NCBI GenBank assembly: GCA_047495785.1
Contig: JBLDXI010000025.1
Location: forward strand, 1,984,001 to 2,048,000
Length of the DNA: 64,000 nucleotides
From: Lepidodermella squamata
Lineage: Eukaryota > Animalia > Gastrotricha
Direction of reading: 5' to 3'
The notes under the pieces were generated by a model, which made no database searches, had not been told where the DNA came from, and saw nothing but the letters and a program-made list of their open reading frames with translations. This document shows, one piece after another, positions 54,442-64,000 of this stretch. The translations under genes and the position numbers were made by a program. Numbering within the stretch: position 1 is the stretch's first letter; each line of letters begins with the position of its first letter.

Positions 54442-54685
54442 TGTGAAGGTTGAATTTGAAATATGTTGAACCCAAAACGAATTATTCCACATCTTAAAGG
54501 ATTGCACCTGTATCCTCGTGGCAACAAAAAGAAGGCATGTGTAATTATGCCGGTTCCAAAATAGTCTCAAGTACCGCGCGGATGTAGTTGCTATCCAAAA
54601 GCTATTGTTTACCAACAAAAGTAGGACACGAACCTTTATGGCCAAAACTAGGAATCTTCAATAATGGCAACGCACTCTCGAAAAA

Positions 54686-54720
54686 CTCTCTCGCTCTCTC
54701 CTCCTCTCTCTTTCTCTCCC
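54686..54720 (+). repeat. Imperfect (CT)n tract
   Basis: ctctctcgctctctcctcctctctctttctctccc. Confidence 0.5.
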
Positions 54721-55172
54721 TTCGTTTCATGAAATGATTTAGAAGATCAGGAGAATCGAACATGACTCTAGCTCATCCATCAAGTCGAAAGAAGACTTTC
54801 ATCCAGGCAGTTGAGTGCGCTATAATGTACCGTATACTGCTTGGAATAACAGCAAACGCATACGTCGAACAAGAAAACATAAGTTATCTGTACTTAGGCC
54901 GAAAGGGCAGAGAAATAAGTCGGTATCGAGGTCGATCGACAGTTAGTGGCCGGTGATCAATCTGAATGAAATGAGGTCCAAAAACGTTTTCATAATTTGC
55001 GGCTGAGAGGAATAAGCTTCGAAGTTGCACAGGCGATGTAAAGTGAACGTTAAGAAATTAACGAGGGGCAGAAAATTACGGATTTTCTGTTTTATCCTGT
55101 GTTTTATTCAAGTTTTCACGATGAAGCAATAAAATCAAAGCCTTTCAATGTCTCGGGTTATCATCAAGCAAG

Positions 55173-56500
55173 CTAATATTTCTCGAAACATTTCTCATGT
55201 TGCCACGGATTGTAATTTGTCGGCTTTTCATTTTCAGCTCTCCTGGGCGGTGCAGGACTGTTCAAGGTCTTCACCTCAGCCTTTCTCACCAGCTGTTCCC
55301 TGCCAGCAATTTTTGGCGGAACACTTACAGGGCGCGTGTAACCAGTTCGGTAACCAGCGTTGTCAAGCAACTTCATCATAGTGCTGAACTCAAGCACGCC
55401 TCGCCTCTGAATAACAGCTGGATTGTTTTGTGAAGCTGTTTCTAACGACAGCTCCCGGCTAGTTTCTTCTGACATTCGAATTAGGTTATCCATTCCCTGT
55501 GGAATAAGCCGAACTTGGGTATCGCATGCCAAGACAACGTTGACGATCAAATAGAAAGCTTCTTCAATCGTTTCACCGCAGACAACAACCCCATGATTCT
55601 GGAGAAGCATAACTTTGTTCAACGGTCCCAGATTCTTGGCAATCAAACGCCTCTCGTTCTCATCAACCAAAATCCCATAGTAAGGATGGTAGGAAATCGG
55701 TCCCAGATTGATTGCTTCCTGTGAAAAAATAGGATAGATCGCTGGGGTAAACGGCTGTCCCATAAAAATTACCCTGCAAAGAGGCAGTAAGCCACATTTT
55801 AAGATAGACACAGCAACAATTGAAGGGGTGTGCAGGTGAATGATACAGCGAGCATCTGGTCGAACTGCATGAATAGCCGAATGGAGGACAAAGCCAGCAC
55901 GATTAGCTCCAAAACTAGTTGAGCCAGGGTCGAGAAGATCACCTCTTATGTTCACCTTGATCAAGCTCGAAGCCGTAATCTCGCTGTACAAAAGTCCGAA
56001 CGGGTTGATGAAGAATAGCTCCTGATCTGGCGAAACACGTGCAGTGATGTGGTTGTAGATATTTTGCGTCCAGCCGAATAAATCGATAACCCGGTACAAC
56101 GACGCCAATTTGCATCTAACATTTCTCTCTGTCTCAGAAATCTAATAGGATTGGTTTAAGGCCTGTAAGCTGTAAGCGCATGTGGAGCTATATACAATTT
56201 ACCCCGGCAAAATATGGGCTGACTAAGTCATCGATAGGGCTAACCGGCGTGATAGCTCCAAGGCAACCAGAAAGCCCGGCTGATTTATGATTTCCAACGC
56301 ATCCAGTTGGAGCTAGTAAGCTTGGCAGTTGCTGTTGTAGAGAGCTTGTTGCCTGCCCATCTTTCACTGCCTCATTGATGATTCGATTCAATTCAAACCG
56401 AGCGCCCTTCAAAACATCTTGATATAATATGAAATATATGACCGGTTAAGGAAACAACCTGCATTGAAATCAGCTTCAATTTGCTGGACTTGAGTGAAAG
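55173..56500 (-). CDS. Adducin-like protein (class II aldolase/adducin head domain), short; 5' end uncertain
   Basis: RCKLASLYRVIDLFGW, IYNHITARV, INPFGLLYSEITASSL, GFVLHSAIH..RPDARCIIHLHT, LQNHG and MKLLDNAGYRTGY are adducin head/neck motifs. Confidence 0.88.
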
Positions 56501-57132
56501 AGCTAGTGGTATTTAGTGCTATTGTGGCTCTGACCAGTTTGTAGTATATGACAGCTATAGCTCTCTCATTCCACAATGCTGTATAACGTATTATTCAGGC
56601 TTTTTAGCGGCATCAAACAAATGAGCTTTTATCACTTGAAATGAGCAAACAAACACATGGTTGAATTCCCTCATTCAGAATTTCTCTTTATACGCATTAT
56701 AATACCAAGCCAAATAAACACTGCTGAAAATTCGCGCATGTGGAGCAGTTTATTAAATTTGATGAAAACAATGAACCTTGCGTGAGACGAGTGGGACATT
56801 CGCTCCACTCGTTTCTATGTTGATTAAATTTTGATAATTTTGATAAATTCAATTAAGCATGTTCTGGTTTGAGCTATGCCCCGATATAATTATCAAATTA
56901 ATTCCGCACCATTCGAGCGGGTTCCACTCAGAGTGACGTAGGTCCTGTTGGCAGTATATCAAGTATAGCTGATAATTCACCGCATCGAAATCCCACACAG
57001 ATAGGCATGCTGCCGCCCAGATTCTAATGGCCTCACTGTGAATTATTAACTTATACCATCAAACCATCTATTATACGCCTTTGGGAATATTTCAGCTCTG
57101 CGTGGGTCCATTCCATTCAACATACTTTTGAC

Positions 57133-57553
57133 ATGGCAAAATCTGTCATTTTAACCTGCTTGCTTACAACAGGTGTAATCTGCAGCATTCTTGGTTGCTC
57201 AGAGGCCTGGTCCGACCAAGAATACAGCGACAGCAAACTCGAAAAACTGCTTGCTGAAAAATGCCGCCGTATAGCTTCAAAAGACACTTGGAAAAGTAAA
57301 GTTTCACGAAATAAGCAATACTTGGATTAACTCTTTAATTTCTTTAGAAACCGTCTGGGATTTTTTTCATCACAAAAAAGGATTGTATAAATCCGGGAAC
57401 GTGCAAGGCGAACGAGCTGAAGGAAATGATGCCTTTAAATACGTCCGAACAGATGCAGTCGAGCATGTTCAAAAGCCTACAATTTCTCCCGTCATTACAA
57501 GCCACGGCCACAAATCGCCTTACTCATTCAGAGGAAGCAACTGGCGTGATTAG
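57133..57553 (+). CDS. Small secreted orphan protein ending SNWRD (2 exons)
   Basis: Signal peptide; intron at about 57296-57347; spliced frame is open to ..RGSNWRD-stop; AATAAA follows. Confidence 0.72.
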
Positions 57554-57825
57554 ACTAATTGTTCTCTTTTTTTCGCTAAATAAAACGGCGAACTCTTAAC
57601 TTTGGATTGCTAAGCGCGTGGGTATAATTACTGCTAAATTCTTAATGTAAAGCACCGGCGGTTTTTGACCTTGAATATAAGTAATCCATTACGCTATACC
57701 TGAAATCACTCACGCAGCACTCAAGCCTCTTAGAGCCGACGCAGATTACGATTGCTTATGTATAGTTCTAAAAAGCTTTCGGTACAAATTCATGGCAATT
57801 TCCTCATTTTAAACTTTTTTTCGCT

Positions 57826-58157
57826 ATGAAAACTCACATTATTGCCCTTTCCTTGGCTATGATTCTGGATAGTCTTTGTCTTACAACGGCCACTAATTAT
57901 CCAGACTCGAAGTTGCGAGGCAGACGGTCTAAAGATACGTGGACAAGTGTGTTAATGCAGTGTCGATAATCATTCATGTCCTCATTTTGATTTTTCAATT
58001 TACAGGAGCAATATTGGACGTTCTAAGAGGTGGCAGTGTAGCTGCTGTTAGGAAGCCTGCGGCAGATAATAAGCATCGCGTCGTGTCCTATGTCAACTCA
58101 CGGAAACCCGGCGCGGTCGAGTATTCCTCGGTAATCTCGTCTAATTGGAGAGACTAA
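57826..58157 (+). CDS. Small secreted orphan protein ending SNWRD; paralog of 57133-57553 (2 exons)
   Basis: MKTHIIALSLAMIL..NYPDSKLRGRRSKDTW, intron in the same position and phase, ends ISSNWRD-stop; AATAAA at about 58185. Confidence 0.72.
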
Positions 58158-58329
58158 TTTTGATGCGCTTGGATTAAATGATTCAATAAAAGGTTTCTCA
58201 TTAAATTAACGAAATGCGGGGTTTGTCACTCTAATTGACATCGAGGTTAACGGAATTTAACCAGACGCTCTATAATTGATCGTCACATTGACACCCTAAG
58301 CGCACAGAGCGGTTACTTTCGTTATCACT

Positions 58330-58837
58330 ATGGAATTAAACATGCTTGCAATGATCTCTCTGATTTTGCTTTCATTGGGTATTGCGGCTACCTCTGAAAG
58401 CACCAAGTTTGATCCAGCTGACGCTCTCAGAGCCTACAATCCTATTCATAAAATTCGAAGCCCTGTGCAGAGATCAACACCTCGACCAGTTAAGATGTCA
58501 GATGATACCGCTGAGAATGCTCGAAGGCTAAATGAAATAGCTGAAGTCTTATTCTTCAATCCTGCTTTGATGGACTCTGAAGAGGTCAAGACTAAAGGTT
58601 TGAAATTTGCAATTTTTCTTTTATGTTTTTATGAGGTTTCTTTTAGCAGTGAGCACAGCATCGCGGCTTGCAGGCCAGACAATCAATCCGCTTCACAGAA
58701 TCCTAGGCAACGCTTTGAAGTATCGGATCAGCTACTGGGAGGAGAAAGCGAAGAATGTCAGTTCAACGAGAAATCCGTTACATAAATTGCATAATAAGCC
58801 CACAAGGAAACTGTTCAAGTTTTGGAAAGTAGCATAA
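58330..58837 (+). CDS. Small secreted basic orphan protein with repeated NP[IL]H[KR][IL] motifs (2 exons)
   Basis: Signal peptide; intron at about 58598-58647 joins the two ORFs; NPIHKI, NPLHRI and NPLHKL; AATAAA downstream. Confidence 0.68.
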
Positions 58838-59061
58838 AGCTTTTCCTTTGAACACCCAATGAGCCCGAATAAAGTTGAATGCAGGTTAAAATCGTTCAAC
58901 CTTTATATAATCAGTCCAACTTGGGAAAATGTCCAAGTTTGAAACCGCTTATGGCAGTTTTACTTCAGTGACGCTGACCATATGCTGCTCAATATTTAGA
59001 TCGCCTTCACCTCGTTTCTTGCTTGCCAGTTCGAATCTTAGCCTTTCTGCAGACACTATTA

Positions 59062-59261
59062 CCGTATTACTGCGCTTTGAGTGTCATGCCACTATAGCTC
59101 GTTTTACAGTGGCATGTCACTATGCCCCGTTAATAGTGACATGCCAGATTAAATTTCAATGCAAAACATTAGGTGCCACTATTATAATCGGCGTAATTGG
59201 AAAGGGGTAAAAACCATGTTTCACTTTATAGTGGCATGACACTTAAAGCGCGGTAATACGC
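59062..59261. mobile_element. 200-bp MITE with a CCGTA terminus and TA TSD (Tc2/pogo-like end)
   Basis: TA|CCGTATTACTGCGCTTTGAGTGTCATGCCACTATA ... TATAGTGGCATGACACTTAAAGCGCGGTAATACGC|TA: about 35-bp TIR. Confidence 0.82.
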
Positions 59262-59858
59262 TATGCTTTTTGTATAATCATAATGAAGAAAGAAAGTTTG
59301 GACATGAAATTTCCATTCAATTGGTTTTCAATAATGTTATAGATGCCCTATAAGGAGAAAGCATAATGAATAATCCTTACTCGGCAACCAAAGTTGCAAA
59401 GTTGATGCAAATGTTTTGCGTACTTTTATTCAGCTCGTTGCGGCGCATCTAGAACTGATGACAATCGACATCAAAATCCTAACTTAGCATAGCTCATGAC
59501 GAATTCAAGGTTAACCTGATCTCTACGCTAAGGTCTATCAAAAGCGCGTGATAAAAGATAAAAGTGCACCGATCGGCAAATATATTCTGACAAAATATGA
59601 CCGCAAAGTAAGGTATGTATGGGCGGCTTGACATTTCGTGCTCGTGTTCGTGAAACATGATACTTACTTGATCCAATTGGACATCGGAGCACCCCAATCA
59701 TGGACATGAGAGTGAAGGGGCAAGAAATGCGGCGTCTTGTGGTGAATTTATATGCTTATATTCAACCCACTGTCACATATTTTCTAACGCTGAACGTTGA
59801 GTTTGTTCCTTCGAATCTAGACACTTCATACTAGAGGAAAGGTTTCCATTTTCAAGGA

Positions 59859-61211
59859 ATGCAAAGTGCCGGTGAGATTAGACTCTGTAAGGTTTGCTCT
59901 GGCGTGGTTACCAAGCGAAGAGACTACCATCCCAAAGTATGCGAAGCCTGCCAGGTCAGTTTAAACATAATGTCATACATTCCCTATCAAGAAATCGGTT
60001 TTTTAGAAATTTTTCAGGCGATACTGTAGGCGAAATGACAACTTACCGTGCTCTGGCGGGGTTAGATCGTGCATCGTGAAGGTTCCTACTCGCCACAGCT
60101 GCCTAAGGTGTAGAATGGATAAATGTATTAAAGCTGGTCTGAAAAGTAAGCCCAGCCTAATATTTCTAAATTGATCATGCTATTGTGAATTATAGGTCGA
60201 TCTTTGATAGCCTCAGATAACATAGTGAAGTCCTCTCAGCGAATCACAGTCTCAAGAGATTCGACCGGTTCTGGATCTAGTTCAGTCTCTCGCCAAGAGC
60301 GAACAATGGAGAATGTATCGTTGATCATGCGTGACCCGGTCTCATACGATGGAATTGCGATCGAAGAGTCTGTTCAGGCAGTGATCTCTGCTTACATCAC
60401 ACTTCAAGCTTTCAATAATGTGAGACTTGAGGAGACTTGTTAATGTCAAAATATCTATGTTGTCCTGTTCAGAGTCCACCTACAACTAACGGTCTTGAGG
60501 TTGATCTGAGTCAAGAAGCATGTATCGCCAAGATGTCTGAGCACTTTTATATAAGCTATGCTATATCAGCTTCATACGGAAAAGAAGTTGCAAGTAAGTC
60601 TTAATCCGATATTAATTCCCATAATTCAATCATATTGTATAGACCACGTAGAGATGACAGAGGAACAGTTATCGATGCTTGTTTGTTCTTTTGCTGGGGT
60701 GTTTTGGCCTATTTATTCGGCGATGTCTGGGGGAAACAATCAGCTTTTTGGTACAAATCTTGCTCATAGCAGGATGCTAGTGACTCACTTCCCAGAGATT
60801 CGGGTAAGGAGTGACAACTAATTAAGTGCTATTTTTAGCTCTTCTCCTCTTGTAATTGGACCTCTAGGAAGGAATGGAGATGCAGGAAAAGTTATGCGAA
60901 CAGATTCTCATATGGCAACCTACACATCTCGAATTAGCTCTCCTTTTCGGATTGCTTTTCTTCGACGGTAAGTGCGTTTCTCAAGTCTCACAGCAATATA
61001 TTGATGCCGAATTCCAGAGAAAACGCTGACGATACCTAAACTTGCTCGGATGCGTAGGCGCTTGTGGTTAGCACTCAACATTTTCCTATCGAGTACATCT
61101 TATGCGAGCGAATTCCGTAGACAATATTTCGAGCAATGTCTGCGGATGGCAGGCATCATTAACGAAAGCCTCGGCGGCTGCCTGAGTAAATTCCTTAGCC
61201 GGAAGCAGTAA
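59859..61211 (+). CDS. Divergent nuclear hormone receptor, paralog B
   Basis: CKVCSGVVTKRRDYHPKVCEACQ|KFFRRYCRRNDNLPC..CIVKVPTRHSCLRCRMDKCIKAGL. Shares RDPxxYD and KLARxRRRLWLALN with 48899-50347. Confidence 0.82.
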
Positions 61212-61878
61212 AAGTTTAAACCTGTCGCCTGACATTTTATCACCATAGCGATAGTGATGCCCAAAGGATTTAACATTTAATATCCAATTACCATATTTAC
61301 AGCCTATTTTTAACTTTTACGAACCATATAACTATCAAGCACCATTAATCCAGTAATCTCAGTAATCCGATTTTTCTCAGCTTTATTTTTAATTTTAAAT
61401 TGGAAAAAATGAGACTTTGATTCTTTCGCAGAACTCTTCGTGATTGTGATTTTAGTATTGCGTGCTATTATTTTCCAGAGACATCATAGACATAAGGTTG
61501 AACTTTCAATAAATTTGAAATGGAATTTTTTTGTACGGCGAACCACAGTGACAAAGGTGATTTGAAATGCCGCACATTTGATTATCTCGAAATGATGAAA
61601 GCCATGTTGTTATTTGTTATTAATAAAATTTGTTAATTGTTTAATGTTGTCTATCACAATATGTAATCAGGATTTCGGACACAGTGGGGTTTTGCAAGGT
61701 TTGACTGTGAAATTCCGCAGAATTGTTGAATATCTTCGACTTCTAAGTTAACTTGTAAGGCCAGAGTTGATAATCTAGGCTTCTATTTACTTTATGATAT
61801 TAACAGAACTCTTAACCTTCACCATATAGCAGAATAACCATGTATTAGCAGAATAAAGATTATTTTCTCGTTCCGGTA

Positions 61879-62843
61879 TTATTTCCTCCAACAATTTTCC
61901 TCATCCTTGCCGTTACTGCAGTCATTGTAGCCAGTGCACGGAGCGAAAGACGAGACACATTCGCCGTTTCCACAGTCGAACTCTAAAGACGGATTACACG
62001 GGCGGTTGGGGCACATCTTCGGGTCCTCATCAGCATTATCAGCCGGGCAGTCGATCTGGCCATCGCACAGGGCATAGTAAGAAACGCACTTCTTATCAGC
62101 CTTGCAGTGCCACAGGTAGTTATCACTGCATTGCTGTTCACTGCAGTTCTTCTCATCAGAGCCGTTGGCGCAATCGGCGTTTCCGTCGCACCTTTGCCAA
62201 TCATAAGCGCACTTTCCATCGCCGCAGTTGAACTGACCCTCGGGGCATTTGCGAGTGGCACAGCCCTTCTCGTCGCAACCAGTGCTGCAGTCCTTGACGC
62301 CGTCGCAACGCTGCTCAGGCATCAAGCAGATCTTATCGGCCTTGCAGAGGAAGTTTGCCAGGCTATCGGCGCAGGTAGTGCAGTTCTTCTCATCGGATCC
62401 GTCCTTGCAGAACGCGTAACCATCGCAGCGAACTTGCTTAGGAACACACTGGCCGCTGGCGCATTGCCATTGGTCTTGGCTGCAAACGCAGTTCTTCTCG
62501 TCTTCACCATCAACGCAGTCAGCATTGCCGTCGCAACGCTTTTCATCTCCGATGCATTTGCGAGACTTCTTGCAGTGGAAGCACGGACGGCGCAGGTTGG
62601 GGCTGCAAGTGCAGGAATCGCAGTTGTCTTCGTCGGTGACTTTATTGACGGTGTAGTTGAAGCAATCAATTACACCGTTGCACTTCAACGAATCGGAGTA
62701 GGTTTTCTTGTTGTCGGCGCAGTACCAATCAGCAACAACCACTCCGACTAGGAAAAAATATTTCTGATATCAAATAAGATGAAAGATGACCCGGAAATCT
62801 TACCGACAGCAACAAGGAACACGATAACAGCAGGGCTCTGCAT
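61879..62843 (-). CDS. Secreted protein made only of about 7 LDL-receptor class A repeats
   Basis: Signal-peptide exon MQSPAVIVFLVAV; repeated CDGxxDCxDGxDExxC; no transmembrane segment; TATAAA about 75 nt upstream. Confidence 0.9.
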
Positions 62844-63328
62844 TTCGTTAGTTTAGGAGAGTTAAGCAACAACTGAAAATTCGCAGTGAATCTCAGTCGA
62901 CTTGTAGCTGTCATTTATACTTAAACATCGTGTCATCTGTTCAAACAAGTTCCTAAGAAAGTGCGACACATAGCCCAAGAAAAATCATCCCTCCGCAGTT
63001 TTTCAGCTGAGGGTGGTCGCGAAATTATACTGGATGTGATCGTTCTGAAAGCAATGGCAGGTGAAAAAACATTGCTGGGCGGGTGTGATGAATTTCATAG
63101 GATAAGAGCTATTAAAATTATGAGTAATCTTTCATGGCGTGGCAATGTGTCACATCAGTGCACTGATAGGCAAACATTTGCTGCTAGTAAGAAATGCCTC
63201 GACGGTAGATCTGGCTGGCAAATATTTTTAAATACAGTTTTAACTTGTTTCAGCTCGTTTATTCTCAAGTCATTAAACAGAACAATCACAATGTGAACCG
63301 GCAAAAATTAACTTCATAAGGCATGAGA

Positions 63329-63700
63329 CTACATTGCATCATCGCCGTAGTACGATTTCGAGTAATTCAGAGGCGCAGATGGCAATGGCGGTGGTGATTG
63401 CTGAACCTTTATCACAAAAGCCGCAATCGGATACAGAATCGCTAGCAGCATGCTGGCGACAAAGCCGACAAAATTCAAGATGACAACAGCGATAACCGTC
63501 TTTGATAGTGGTGGCATTTCGTCTGGCTCGTCCTTTGCTTCGACTTTCTCGCCCAGGGTAAGCTCCGATTGCGTTGGGGATTTCGGTGGTACAACAGCAA
63601 CAGGCGTCAATCTGTTCCTCTTCGCCCGATATTTCTTCAAAAAATGCCATCTGTTGTAGTAGGAAATGATGGAATTTGAGTAAATGTCATGCTTCGAACG
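63329..63700 (-). CDS. 3' exon of an unknown membrane protein (probably starts further right or beyond the window)
   Basis: Hydrophobic segment VIAVVILNFVGFVASMLLAILYPIAAFVI followed by a Pro-rich tail; no recognisable family. Confidence 0.45.
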   Translation of the reverse strand, partial: RSKHDIYSNSIISYYNRWHFLKKYRAKRNRLTPVAVVPPKSPTQSELTLGEKVEAKDEPDEMPPLSKTVIAVVILNFVGFVASMLLAILYPIAAFVIKVQQSPPPLPSAPLNYSKSYYGDDAM

Positions 63701-64000
63701 AACCTTAGCCTAATTATACCCCACCATTCCAAACCCTCATCGGGATCGAAAGCTTGCAGCGTGACTACGAACACAAAAATTGTTGCAACTGAACCTCCGA
63801 TAAGAATGTTCAAATATGTTAGAATTAGCGACTGCTGTGAAGACTTGGGTAATTGATCGACAATATAGCCTGCAAAATAGAACGTAGTTAGACCATTTCA
63901 TCAGTTTACTGGTGTTTTACTTTCGACGAATAGATTCGTGAGGAGGATGAAGATTTCCAGCGACGTTCTTTCGACTTGTTTTATTGGAATCAGGTAAACG

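Noticed and set aside
59990-60150. Possible frameshift in the DBD of nuclear receptor B
   Set aside because: Recounting codons from the acceptor at 60006 gives an open frame through both zinc fingers.
62107-62751. 214-aa hydrophobic plus-strand ORF
   Set aside because: It is the antisense shadow of the codon-biased LDLa exon.

Overview
This window is eukaryotic genomic DNA from an invertebrate animal, not prokaryotic. It is gene-dense with GT-AG introns, mostly about 45-70 nt, but longer and very AT-rich between about 14 and 34.6 kb. The ORF track therefore shows exon fragments, and the gene models below were spliced by eye. 1-11.6 kb: nine tightly packed minus-strand genes for secreted proteins built from Kunitz, PAN/apple-like, trypsin, Sushi and Thr-rich modules; a 568-bp TGT..ACA element with a 4-bp target-site duplication (TSD) sits in one of them. 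12.2-28.9 kb: a complete hemicentin (VWA, about 28 Ig, 6 TSP1, G2F, 7 cbEGF, fibulin-type C-terminus). 31-39 kb: an atypical secreted PLA2, then a degenerate G-alpha-like gene head-to-head with an ankyrin gene ending in a CaaX box. 40-64 kb: two paralogous orphan peptide precursors, an AMPA-type glutamate receptor with a genomically encoded Arg at the Q/R site, two paralogous divergent nuclear receptors, three tandem cysteine-free secreted CAP genes, a short adducin-like gene, three small orphan secreted proteins, a secreted 7xLDLa protein and a partial membrane-protein gene. Several MITEs and a dispersed intronic repeat are present. I recognised no RNA genes or CRISPR arrays. The best candidates for undescribed systems are the protease/inhibitor cluster, the pseudo-G-alpha plus prenylated ankyrin pair, and the orphan secreted peptide families. 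No database searches were run.
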